Source: Podarcis tiliguerta
Taxonomy: Eukaryota
Assembly (NCBI GenBank): GCA_965153285.1
Contig: OZ229111.1
Length of the DNA stretch: 64,000 nt
Direction: 5' to 3' (one strand)
A program made the position numbers and the translations under genes. Under the pieces are notes generated by a model, which worked only from the letters and a program-made list of their open reading frames with translations, was not told the DNA's origin and did not search any database. The stretch's first letter is position 1; each line of letters begins with the position of its first letter. Below, one piece after another: positions 11,412 to 22,894 of the stretch.

Positions 11412-12031
11412 CTATTGTGGAGAAAAAGTTACTGTCATTTTAGGAGTTCTAGCACAAAACAGTTTGCTTAGCTATTTTTGGTCAGTCCAGACAGTTGAAT
11501 CCAGAATGAAGACACCACTCAACTGCGGACTGTTGACCACCACACAAAGCTTTGCTCGCATTCATTGTTTAACGTGAAAAACATTCAGAAGAGAGTTTTA
11601 AAAACATACAAAATGGAAGAGTAAAAGATGCAAGGATAGCTCCGTCCAAAGGAACACTGAAGCTGGCTATGGTCTGGAAGAAAGTTGTGGTTTTTTTTAA
11701 AGCAGAAGAGAAACCAAAACATAAAGCCAGAGCAACATGGTCAGTGACAATACTCTAGGAAGAAGCCGTTCACCATCTGAAGTCAAGAAGAAAATAGCTC
11801 CCTAAGGACAAAGTACCACAGATGCACCGTTTAAAATGATTGTGATGTTAAGAGTTGTTAAATATATATATACATGAAGGAAGGTTCTGAATCAAACCCA
11901 AGTTGCCCCAAAGTAGCTTTTTGATCACCAGTAAGATATGACAAGAAAGCAAGCTTAAACAGACCCAAGAGGCAGGATGTCAACTCTTGCATGGAACACG
12001 GAAGACAGTGTAAAAAAACAAAACTAGGTAC

Positions 12032-12109
12032 CCAGGGATGGAATCCAGGGGGACATGCTGCATTTAGTGGCTCCTGAGACAACACTGCAACTTCATCTGC
12101 ATCTGTAGC
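12032..12109 (-). CDS. FLNB: FLNB exon 30 (hinge H1, alternatively spliced in mammals), 78 nt
   Basis: actaactag|..TGG|gtacct; phase 0-0; ATDADEVAVLSQEPLNAACPPGFHPW. Confidence 0.92.
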
Positions 12110-12112
12110 CTA

Positions 12113-12118
12113 GTTAGT
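12113..12118 (-). promoter_or_regulatory. ACTAAC (QKI-type / branch-point-like) motif directly upstream of the hinge-exon acceptor
   Basis: minus strand reads ttttgccACTAACtag|GCT. Confidence 0.55.
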
Positions 12119-12493
12119 GGCAAAAGGCAAGGTATAGTTGGTACAACAGCACATCTGAACAGAAGAATGGTATCCGACACTAGGGTTTTGTGAGGTAGTA
12201 TTTCTCATAGCCGAAAAAAACACTGCTTTGTCCACAAGAACCACATAGGCAAAACACTCAGCTCACTCCAAATGCTAATTTAGGCTGCAATCCTAGCGCC
12301 ACTTACCTGTGAGTTTGTCCTACTGAACTCAACAGAACTTTCTTCTCATTACTCTTGATAAGGTTTGGACTAACAGGCTGCAAATGACTGTGTCAAACTT
12401 CATGTGACTTATTAAAGCTAATGTGCTCACTACTTATCAGTCTACTCTTAAGTTCACGCAAAGGGTTTCAAAACCAAAAGCCAGGCATCTTAC

Positions 12494-12741
12494 CATGACA
12501 GTGAAGGGGCTGTTTGGAATGTCCACTCCACCGAAGCGGACATGAATTACATAGGTTCCTGGTTTAGCAGCTGTATAATAGATGTCGTATGTTCCATCCT
12601 CGTTTTCAATGACCTCTGCTTCGACTTCTGTACCCTCTGGTGTCAGGACAGTGCACGTCACTTTGCCCTTGCCTGCGGATTTAGCATCAACCACAAAGCC
12701 TACTTCCTCTCCTGACTTCACTGTGTCTGCAATACCAGGAC
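12494..12741 (-). CDS. FLNB: FLNB exon 29 (Ig repeat 15), 248 nt
   Basis: cctag|..|gtaaga; GPGIADTVKSGEEVGFVVDAKSAGKGKVTC...GGVDIPNSPFTVM. Confidence 0.96.
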
Positions 12742-13697
12742 CTAGGAGATAAATGGTATGGTGAGCATCAGAGCAGATTCTCCTATCTTCTGCCAAGAAA
12801 GTCCTGTGCAGTTTCCTTTTTGACACCTGCATTATGAAACACGCAACAAGTTAATCCAAACTTCTGCAGACAAGCAAGCCTAAACCAGGCTTTTGTCATG
12901 AAACCTTTGCAAACCACCCCAGCTGTAGCGCAAGGTCCCCCTGGGTGCATGTGGAGGTGGATGAAGTGGGGAAGAGATTCATTTGCACCTCCAGGTCCAT
13001 TTCTCCTTTATATGGCACTCGTAACACATCAAAAGCATTTTTCACACAAGACAGCAATGTTTTACAGATGAGAATTTTTATCAGGGTATGACAGCATACT
13101 TTGATAAGGAGAGGTCTGTAAGTTTGTGAACACTAAAGTAGTTTGGCTTAACTTTAAAGGAGCCCTGCACGATTTGCCATCTGCATGAGCAACACAAAGC
13201 TTTATTCATACAGAAAGCATGGTCCTTGTGTCAGCTTTCAAACGACAGGTTGCTGGTTGTAAGGTGGGGAGTGTGAAAAGAAGTAGGTGGTTATTGCAGC
13301 AGAGACAGCTGCTCTTTCCCTTGAAGCCCACTGTGCCCCCTTAATGCCTTTAAACAACCAGAAGATGTCACAACATACACCCTACCAGAAATGGACCACT
13401 GTGGATCAAGGCAACAGTGGAGTCACTCCTTTGGTGCAAACATGGTCTTTCACTGCAGTCAACCCTAGGCTCTAGCATTAGAGCTTTGCTTCAGGCTGTA
13501 ATGGATGCTTTCGTTAAGAGACTGGCAAGCTACCAACACTTCCACATTCTTTGTGCTTGAAAGATGCCTATTGGGGGCCCACAGTTGGCATCTGGCCACA
13601 GGCTCCACTCTGAACTAATTCTGCAGCAGACTTTTGGGCTCAACATATTCTTGCATCAAGCTGCAATCACCAAGAGGAATCACTGTGCGTGGTTGAA

Positions 13698-13875
13698 GGG
13701 GTGCAGCTCAGTGGTAGAGCATCTGCTTTGCATGCAGAAGGGCTCAGGTTCAATCCATGGCATCTCCAGGTAGGGCTGAGAAGGCCCTTTACATGAAACC
13801 ACTGCCAGTCAGTGTAAGGCAAAACAAAACTAAGCTAGATGAACCAAAAGTCAGACCTAGTGCAAGCCATTTTGT
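13698..13875 (+). mobile_element. tRNA-derived SINE (tRNA-Ala-like head)
   Basis: GGGGTGCAGCTCAGTGGTAGAGCATCTGCTTTGCATGCAGAAGGGCTCAGGTTCAATCC followed by a non-tRNA body shared with the copy at 20053. Confidence 0.75.
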
Positions 13876-14090
13876 TTGTTTAAAGGCTGTACATCAAAAT
13901 GCTATCTTGGCACAACTGCGGATTTTAAAAGTTATTGTTTAAGTATGTGTGCTGATCATATAGGGCAGGCAGCCCATTTCACTTCAATATATCTGTACAA
14001 AGGCTTTTAGGAGAGCAGTTTGCATAGCTTGCCTGACTCCAATACCCTTATAAAACACTTGCTTACAGTGAGAAAACAGAACGAATTTAC

Positions 14091-14280
14091 CTGTTGCCTG
14101 ACACTTGCTAGCATCTCCTGCTGGCGACACACGGATTCGGTATGGAGAAAGGGGGATATCATCCCCACCGTATTTAATGCCAACTGAGTAGCGACCAGTC
14201 TTGTCAGGGAGGTAAGTCACCGCATAAGTGCCATCTTGGTTGTCTTGGACATCAACCCTCTTTGGTTTGCCTTCTTGGTC
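14091..14280 (-). CDS. FLNB: FLNB exon 28, 190 nt
   Basis: ttcag|..|gtaaat; [63 protein letters not shown]. Confidence 0.95.
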
Positions 14281-15444
14281 CTGAATGCCAGAAGCGAAGC
14301 CACAATCAGCAAGAAAGCCTCAATCACAAAGAAGCGTAAGCTCTAAAAACAGCAGACGTTCAGGTTTACATCTACCCTGAACTTGACAGTTTCTATAACA
14401 TGCTGTTTTTTATTTTCAAGGGGACCTGGTATTTAAGCAATCAAAGGGCAGTTTGAGGTTGACATGGAAGTTCAAATGATTTGTTGCTGCCTGTAAAAGC
14501 CAATCTTGTGACAAAAAAAAAAATCCTTAGGACAGTAATATCCACATTGCCTGGCTTTGGATGAGCAATGTGCAATTGGCTTGCTTCTGTGGGTAATGCA
14601 AACACTTTCCATGTTACACTGGAAGCAGTCATTTTTGTTAACCTGTTTCTTCTTGATTAAGAATGGTCTAGGTTTATACTGAAACAGGAGTCTAATGCAA
14701 GACTATTGCATATCATAATACCACCAGACAGCTTTTAGGTGTTGTATCTGTGCAGTTTTTGACTAATAGCTGCAAATCAAAGGTCCTCTGGGTAAAATGC
14801 AAGCTCTACTCTTCCATTATATTTTTATAACAAGTTTGCATAGCACTGCTTATTAGACAGGGGCACCATGCATTATTCTGGCTAATACATACTTGTTTGC
14901 TTTAACAGCTTTAATGCACTGTGGGGGTTAACTAGCATCCCTCGAAACCAAGGTTTGTCTTTGCAAATGCTCATGACAAAGCTGCCTTGAAACAGAGCCC
15001 AGAACAGCTATGATTACCTCTGAAGTATGTACTGGCCCTTCCACAAAACCTTGTCTATGTTCATTCATGGTGAAAACTGCAGACTGGCCTAGTTTATGGG
15101 GATCTGAAAAGGCTAGGAATAGTTCACACCAAAAAGAACTGTACTATGTCCAGGGCATCCTCTCTCTATTAGGAGCCACAAACTTTGCCTAGAAATAGTC
15201 AGCACACAGTAGCCTTGCTAAATTTGGGTGATACATAAAGCGAGCGAAGTTTGCCCACTGATACTTTTAAAGGAAAGCTTTAAGAGCACTGCTGAATGGA
15301 GGTATGCCCTGTTGAACCCCCACTGATGCTCAGAAGGAAACATTCTAGTTCTCCTACTCAAAATACCAGAGGTCTTTGAGTTCAGCGTGTGAAGATTCAG
15401 CTCCTGTGTTAAATGGTCAACAGTAGGAAGAAATTGTATCTTAC

Positions 15445-15601
15445 GGTCACATGCACTGAGAGAAGTCCTTGGCCTGCATCTCTAGCATCAACAGCAAACT
15501 CAGTGGGCATGCTGGCAGGAACCCCATGGGAGCTTAGCCCTGGCCCACTCGCCGTCACTTTACTGGCATCGTATGTTGGAAGCACCTTAACTTTGAACGG
15601 G
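15445..15601 (-). CDS. FLNB: FLNB exon 27, 157 nt
   Basis: aacag|..|gtaaga; [53 protein letters not shown]. Confidence 0.95.
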
Positions 15602-16303
15602 CTGTTGAAAGAACAGAGCGACATATTTCAGCACTGAAGATCATGATTGTTTATGTAAGTAGATGCCTCACCGGCATGAAGAAAGTATTTCTGAAGGTTA
15701 AACAAAGGTACGAGATTACTGTCGAAGGCCAGACACTGGATTAGTCACTGAACCTTTTTGATGTAGGAGTTAGGGAACCACTCATTACTATATGTATAAA
15801 CCTACTAGACATTTGGAGAAGAGAGTGGGACAGACACCCTTGTTTACACAGGCATTCCCTAGAGATCTTTAGACCCCTGTTTTTAATTGCTGTGTTGTTT
15901 CATTGTGCCTTTCAGCGACAGGCTCTTGCATTTTAATGCTTGTGTAACTCGTTTTGGTGCTTTGTAAATCTTCTCGGAAGCCTATTTTGGCATTCAAGCA
16001 ATAATAGCAGCACATAAATAAACAAGCTGGTCCTTGGCAGAAGCAAACACTGGGCTAGTTAAAGAATGTTTGCTAGATTCTACAGTTCAAGGAAATGCAC
16101 AGCACTTTGTAGCCTCTTCCCCCTCTCTGACAACCACCAGGAGGAACCAAGTCCTTGCTGTAGAAGCATTTCTTTAAAGCCTCTTTACCAAAAGTGCAAA
16201 GACTAAGCTCATGAACAACAATGCAACCCGCCTCAAATTTGGAGGCCAGCCAACAGCACTGCAGTTGGCACAGTAAGCTTTGTTTCCTGCACCCCACTCT
16301 TAC

Positions 16304-16427
16304 CTGCGAGGAATCTCTTCATCTGCGTATTTTACTGCAACTGTGTAGGGGCCTTCTTTCGTGGGTGTGTAGGCTACTGTATGGGTGCCATCGCCATTGT
16401 CAACTATATTTACAGGTTCTGCCAAGC
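16304..16427 (-). CDS. FLNB: FLNB exon 26, 124 nt
   Basis: cttag|..|gtaaga; [41 protein letters not shown]. Confidence 0.95.
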
Positions 16428-16523
16428 CTAAGTAGTAAAAAGACCACACTTCAATTCCTTTGGCCACCTTCTCATCAAAGGCCTCAAGGACTCACGAGCA
16501 ATTTTTGCTGCTTTGAGCACCGA

Positions 16524-16542
16524 CACACACACACACACACAC
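16524..16542. repeat. (CA)n microsatellite
   Basis: acacacacacacacacaca. Confidence 0.9.
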
Positions 16543-17635
16543 AATGCTGATTTAAAGCTTTGCAAGAAATCTGCAGAGACATCTGCTTTGTGGTCTGTTC
16601 AGATAAGCCAATTTATTCCTATCATTCCCAGTCTGTGACCTCATCAATTAGAGAGAGGTGAAATCACTAGCAGTTCCTTGGCTGGCTCAACTCCAATGGC
16701 TGTAAGCTAAGAAACCCCCATCAAATAAGGGTTGGAGTGATTTATTGTTCCAAAATTATTCAGCTGGTTAGGTCAGTTATCGGGCACATTTAAATATAAG
16801 CTTCCAGAAAAAGGAAGACTTTTTTTATTTGAACACTACTACTGATTAGGCTCAACATCCAATTCAGTAAGGCGTGTTAGTCTGGAATAGTTAGTAACTT
16901 TCGTTATAACCCAGGGATGGAGGAGAGATTTATTTGGTCTGCATCAATGAGCAAACCAAATCAATTTGCACCTCCCAGATTAATACAAAAATCCAAACAG
17001 CTCTCCAAATTTTGCAATACACTTCTCAAAAACAGCAAAATGTGTAAAAAAATCAAACTGCATATTTTAGCATTTAAAAGGTTGAGAAACTGATAAAATA
17101 TGCATTTTAAAGTATTTATTATGACAATATGTATTTGAATACAAATGCTCATGCTTTTTTATATAAAAATGCAGATTAATGTAGAAATGGGATAAAACTG
17201 ACATGAATAAACATATGAAAACTGGCGCAGAATGGGGAAAAAATACCCTGCCTTCTTTAGGCTCTACCCCTCAGTATGACATTGAGAAGTTGAGTGCAGT
17301 CAACAAAATTTGGTGCTGCCAAACAAGTGTTATGATCGGCTAGTTCAAGGTAAGAAGAGCTCCAAGGACCTATTCCCAGAAAATCAAGATATGTGGATTT
17401 GCACATGCAGCTATTTCACAAGATTAGTTGCAAACGTGATTAGAACTGCCTGCAGTTACAATTTAGATCAAGGACCAAAGTAAGTGTGCATATAAATCAA
17501 ACAAGGAATTGTTTAGTAAAAAGGATAACTCAGTGGAGAATTAATAGTACAGCAGCAGTTAAGCAGAGAAGTTCAATTAAGCTCATTCACAGCAGCACTT
17601 TATACAGTTTAGAGGATTTGCTGGAGGCACAGGTA

Positions 17636-17645
17636 ATTAGTTAGT
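17636..17645 (-). promoter_or_regulatory. Overlapping ACTAAY motifs (ACTAACTAAT) just downstream of cassette exon 25a
   Basis: minus strand reads CAG|gtttgaacttttACTAACTAATtacc. Confidence 0.55.
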
Positions 17646-17657
17646 AAAAGTTCAAAC

Positions 17658-17750
17658 CTGTCTCATTAGATTCACCCTGTGGGTCACCTTTAAAGAACTC
17701 TGAAATTGCTTTCAGCGGACTGCGCCATGACTGGGTATCCGGCTCATCAG
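17658..17750 (-). CDS. FLNB: FLNB alternative cassette exon (25a), 93 nt / 31 aa
   Basis: tctag|..CAG|gtttga; phase 1-1; ADEPDTQSWRSPLKAISEFFKGDPQGESNET, closely resembling the 31-aa insert I recall in the longest human FLNB isoform. Confidence 0.88.
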
Positions 17751-19003
17751 CTAGAATTAAAAAGCTATTAACTTAGTAATACAAAATCAGAGCTCTGTCA
17801 GTTGTCCCTTGAGACATGTTTGCCTTAAAACCAATTACACAAAAGGTGGTTATTCATGCAACGGCTACATTAGACCAAGTGCATCCCACTCAGCATAGGT
17901 TCACGGTGTGCAGTGTACATGCAATTTAATTCCAAATGCCATTGCCTCCCCTGGCCCTTGGGCTGAGTTGCTTTCACAACTTCAGCGAAGAAAGACTTCT
18001 TAAGATGAAGCTGAATTAGATCTGCCAACAGCTGAAACGTACTTGCTCCAAGAAGTATTTTACGTACTCAAGTATTCTTGCATAAGTCTGCAGTACTCAG
18101 AACACATTAAATAAAAGCCTGTTAGGTCTTCAGTAACTGAATGAATGAGGTAAGAGAGGGGACCCAACTACAATTGGGGGGGGGGGGAGCCTTCATTCAT
18201 CTGACATTCAGTGCATTCGCATTCTATATCTGGCAATGTTAGATAGTTGACACTATCTTAGCATCTAGTAACATCAGAATTGCTTTGGGCTTCTTCCACT
18301 AGCCCTCATCCCACCAGGCTGTTCCTTCTTCCAACCCTTGTTTCCTAGCCAACCCCGCACAGCGCTTTCCTCAGGCCTTCACCTCTGTCTCCTTTCCTCC
18401 CTCAATCTTTCTCCATGCTCTTATCTAGGATCAGGGCACTTCACAGAGAAGGCAGCCAGACGCTTGCGTCTCACAGAAGTGGATAGGACCAAGGGCAGCT
18501 CAGTGAACTTATTACCAAAGAGATAACCACCTTAACTTTTTCTAGTACATTCACAAATACAGAGTAAGCAGTGGTGTATCTTTAACAGGTTGTAAGCGGC
18601 CCTTCAAGGTAGCCAAGAAGTGTTTCAAAACGCAGATACCCCCCCCCCCATTCAGCTGTCAGATGATACTAGGCCATTTCTCACCACCCTAAGAGTACAC
18701 AGTACTATTTTTACCTGAGCTACCTTGATTTTTTAAAAAACAAAAACCCAACATTAATATATTTGGATCAGCATGTACCATTTGTTTTTATTATTTAAAC
18801 TTATATTCTCATAGCAGCTCACAACAGAACAAAAATGCAAATCAATACATCATGAAAACAGTCAAATATTAATACTTCTGTCTGCCGCCTTCTATGCAAG
18901 ATTTGATTACAATGACTTGTTAGCAGGATTGTTGAAAAACATATTGTCTTAGTGCGAGAAGTTCGATCAATGACCAGATATGCTCCACTCCAAGTTTCAT
19001 GTA

Positions 19004-19254
19004 CAGTCGTACCTTGGTTGTCGAACGTCCTGGAACTCGTACGTTTTGGCTCCTGAACACCGCAAACCCAGAACTGATTGTTCCGGTTTGCGAACGTTCT
19101 TTTGGAACCCGAACATCTGATGGGGCTTCCGCGGCTTCTGATTGGCTGCAGGAGCTTCTTGCAGCCAATCAGAAGCTTCAATTTGGTTTTCAAATGTTTT
19201 GGAAGTCAAACAGACTTCTGGAACGGATTCCGTTCAGCTTCCAAGGTATGACTG
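19004..19254. mobile_element. Tc1/mariner (Tigger/pogo-like) MITE
   Basis: TA|CAGTCGTACCTTGG...CCAAGGTATGACTG|TA; internal palindrome gcttctgattggctgca..tgcagccaatcagaagc. Confidence 0.85.
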
Positions 19255-19569
19255 TACTCAAACTGCTGTCCTCCCATGTCTGTTTAAACACTAGACTTGC
19301 CTTGAGGACTCCCAACTGAGTTATAAAGGAGCACCTTGATTACTGAAGCTCCCAACTTTCTGAAGCACTACAGAGTAGTAGCTATATCATCAGTACCCAA
19401 AACTTTGCACTTCAGAACTGTACACGACGCTACTTTTTCTTAGTACTTCCAACTCAACAACTCCTACCAGTTACCACTCAAGTGCTTCCAAGTGATGACT
19501 TCTGCTAATCATACAATTGTAAAACCTCATTTAAAAGAAATATCAAGCGATTGCAGTGGAACACATTAC

Positions 19570-19737
19570 CTCTGGGCGCTGTTACTGTAACCTCAAGTGG
19601 TGCTACCCCAGCTTTACTGGTATCTACAGTAAACGACTGGGGAATTCCGGCACGGACTGCTGTTCCCAGGCCTGGTCCAGAGACTTTCACCTTGTAGGGG
19701 TCAACGACATCTTTTACAGGAACCTTAAATGGACTGC
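19570..19737 (-). CDS. FLNB: FLNB exon 25, 168 nt
   Basis: ggcag|..|gtaatg; [56 protein letters not shown]. Confidence 0.95.
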
Positions 19738-20052
19738 CTGCCAACGAAGCAAGTGCTAGGCTCAGTACAAAGGGGAATGTAGCAACTTGTGTTAAGGTTT
19801 GTCAACAGCCACCCCTAAGCAGCCCAGCTCCTCTCACACTGCTACCTTAGTCTCCCACTGATGACTATCCTGATAAAAGTGGGCAACTTAAATCAGATTT
19901 ATACTGGCTATTGATATGGACAAGGATTAAATTTTAATTGAAATGGGACTGTATGCAATGTGAACTTGATGCTCTAATGAGGTGAGAAAAAATATGTTTT
20001 GGGGCACTGAAAGTTGGTTCTAGCACCCACCACAAAATCTTTAGATACATTT

Positions 20053-20237
20053 GGGGTAGAGCAGTGGCTCAGTGGCAGAGCATCAGCTTCTCATGCAGGA
20101 AATCCCAGATTCTCAATCTCCGGACAATCCAGGTAGGGCTGGGAGATACCCCCAAACTCAAGACTTGGGGAGCTGCTGCCGGTTAGTGTAGACAACACTG
20201 AGCTAGGTGGACTCTGTGCAAGACAAATTCTTATGTA
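20053..20237 (+). mobile_element. tRNA-derived SINE, same family as 13698
   Basis: gtggctcagtggcagagcatc...tccaggtagggctggga...gtgtagacaacactgagctag. Confidence 0.7.
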
Positions 20238-20510
20238 GCGGTCAAAAAGCAGCAAAATATACTACTATTGTGTTATAGGTCAATAAGGCTATTTGCTTTG
20301 TATTCCCAAAAATCTAAAGGCTCTGCTATGAGACCCTGGTTCCCACTGGGAATGTTCTTGCAAAAGCATGATGTGTTGAATTTTTCAAATGCAACGCACA
20401 TTAATTATTATACATTACAACATCCTTTAAAAAAAGACGTGTTCGCCAATATGAAAGTGAGTTCACTGGCTTTTACTTTGAATCCAACCTCAGGATGCAA
20501 GCCATCTTAC

Positions 20511-20671
20511 CAGGGATGTGTTCGCCCCCATAAGTTATGTTGACATCATAATCTCCTGGAACGTAAGGAATATATTCTGCACTGCAGCTGCCATCCTTAT
20601 TATCTTTACAACTTATTTTGGATTCTGAGGGTCCTTCAACAGTTATTCCAAGGCCGCCAATTCCAGCCCCT
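20511..20671 (-). CDS. FLNB: FLNB exon 24, 161 nt
   Basis: tgcag|..|gtaaga; [53 protein letters not shown]. Confidence 0.95.
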
Positions 20672-21230
20672 CTGCAAGCATTTAAGGGGGGAAAACAGTT
20701 AACATGTTTCTATTACAGCATTTTAAACTCAAGAGCCCACTTTGCTTTGCATGACTGCAACTAATTGTTCTCTGCTGCATTCTCTCAGAATGACAGTAGC
20801 CTACTAGACAGTTGAGAAGAATAAGAACCTGTAATGCAGGTAGGTCTACATGTTGATTGATTAATGGTTTCTTCACTTTAAAGTCCAATTTAGCCTGGGG
20901 AATTCTGAAGTCATTGGTGAGGACATTACTTGGCAGGTGTGTGAATCACACAAAGAAAGTCATCAAGAATCAAAGCAGTGAGTTGAAGGTGTGTGGGCGG
21001 GTTTGTAAGGAAGATGACAATGTTTAAGCCTGTGGTAATGTCAAGATCCTTCTTGCTATTTGTACCTAGCCCATGGCACGTCCCTGTCAACCAGCTACTT
21101 TGGGAGGAGAGGCAAGGACACCCGCAATTCTACTTCATGCATCTACAGTCAGATCTTCCAACTTTATTTTACAAATACGCAGCTTACTCTGCCCACGTTA
21201 ACGTATCAGAATACAGTCCATCATACTTAC

Positions 21231-21393
21231 CGAGTGACAACAGTGAATGGGTTTGGTTTATTTGTGAAGGCTTCTTGGAGCCCAGCTCCTTGGGCCACCA
21301 CCCGAGAAGGATGGCATCCTTCTGTAACATCAACCCTGAAAGGGCTGTTTAGTACAGGAACATCATCATAGGTTACTTCAACAGTGTGAGGAC
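21231..21393 (-). CDS. FLNB: FLNB exon 23, 163 nt
   Basis: tgcag|..|gtaagt; [55 protein letters not shown]. Confidence 0.95.
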
Positions 21394-21529
21394 CTGCAAG
21401 GAGAAGATGAACGTTTACTGGAGTAGTCTCTGAAGCATTGCAAAAGTTACTTCACAGGTCTTTGACCCTTAGTCTCCACCGTATTTGAATTAACTATTTT
21501 CAGAATGCAAGAGAGTTTACTCTACAACA

Positions 21530-21925
21530 TATAGTGCCTTCCCGATGTTGTTCAACTACAACTCCCATGAGTACCAGCCAGCAGAGCTGCAGCTAGGGGG
21601 TGGTGAGGTGGGCCCCCACCAGGGGCGCAGGTGAAGGGGGGGTCAAAATCGGATAAAAATACATCCATAAATATAAATATTGATTATTGCCTCATAAGAA
21701 ATGGATTTAAATAGAGGGTGAATTGAGTGGGTGGAAGGTGGGGGGTTGGAGGAGAGGCGGAAAGAAGAGCTAATTTGTTCGTGGCTAGGGGGCACAATCT
21801 GGGCAGTTCTGCCGGGGTGCAAGATCACCTAGCTATGGCTCTGCCAGCCAGCATTGCCTATGGTCAGGGAAGATGGGAGTTTTAGTCTGGCAGCATCTGG
21901 AGGCCATCAAGCTGGCTACCCTTGT
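21530..21925. mobile_element. Palindromic hAT-like MITE interrupted by a nested insertion
   Basis: left arm gatgttgttcaactacaactcccat, right arm gatgggagttttagtctggcagcatctgg. Confidence 0.65.
21582..21843. mobile_element. Nested hAT-type non-autonomous element
   Basis: TIR CAGAGCTGCAGCTAGG / CCTAGCTATGGCTCTG; perfect 8-bp TSD CCAGCCAG (21574-81, 21844-51). Confidence 0.8.
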
Positions 21926-22031
21926 CCTTGGCCTGCTCTTTGATGTGTGTTAAAATATAGAATGGTGCCGTTTAGTACAATCTATTTCCTCCCTTATTCT
22001 CCCAAAGTCAGTAGCAACTAGCAGACTTTAC

Positions 22032-22205
22032 CTCTTTCATAGGGCGTGAACTCTACTGCATATGTCCCATCGGCATTGTCTTTGATGAGGCAGTCTGTGG
22101 AAGCTCCAGAGGGATTTGCAATCTGAGCTTTGATATGGTCTCCGCCAGTCTTGGTCAAGGGTCTAGCATCTACGGTGAAATCGGTGGTTGCTTCACGGAA
22201 AACAT
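22032..22205 (-). CDS. FLNB: FLNB exon 22, 174 nt
   Basis: catag|..|gtaaag; [34 protein letters not shown]...EFTPYER. Confidence 0.95.
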
Positions 22206-22573
22206 CTATGAAATAAAGTTGGGAAACAGCTTTGTTTTGGGCAGAACCATGTCCAAGAATTCCATGCTTCTGCATGGAAATAGGTTTAGCCGCTCTGAGA
22301 CAGCAATGGTACTCAAGAGACGCAAATGGTATCATGAAAGAATGATCCCAACCAAGCAGTTTCTCGCAAACCTGCTCACCTAAGCCATATTTTGCCAGGG
22401 TGCTTTCCTACAGTCTCGTGAGTCACTATCAACCCACAGAAATGAGGAAGTGAGCCATGTGATTTGGTAGCGGGAAGGGTGCTTTCCTGGAAAGCACTAT
22501 GAACTGCCAGGGGCACATCTAAGCATGTACTGGGATATGCAGGTTAAGAGTCATGCGAGTGACAACAAAAGTA

Positions 22574-22781
22574 CAGTGGTACCTCTGGTTATGAACTTAA
22601 TTCGTTCCGGAGGTCCGTTCTTAACCTGAGGTACCACTTTAGCTAATGGGGACTCCTGCTGCTACCGTGCCGCCAGCATGCGATTTCTGTTCTCATCCTG
22701 GGGCAAAGTTCTTAACCCGAGGTACTACTTCTGGGTTAGCAGAGTCTGTAACCCGGTGTGTTTTAACCCAAGGTACCACTA
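22574..22781. mobile_element. Tc1/mariner (Tigger-like) MITE, CAGTGGTACCT family
   Basis: TA|CAGTGGTACCT...AGGTACCACTA|TA; closely similar to the copy at 52543. Confidence 0.85.
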
Positions 22782-22894
22782 TATAGTGTGTGCATGCACA
22801 CAAAAGCTTATACCAAGAACAAACTTCGTTGGTCTCTAAGGTGCACCTGGACATTTTTTTTATACAGATCAAGAGAAGTAGTAGTACCACTCTA

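Noticed and set aside
13698-13770. Functional tRNA-Ala gene
   Set aside because: It continues into a SINE body shared with the 20053 copy, and the stems are imperfect.
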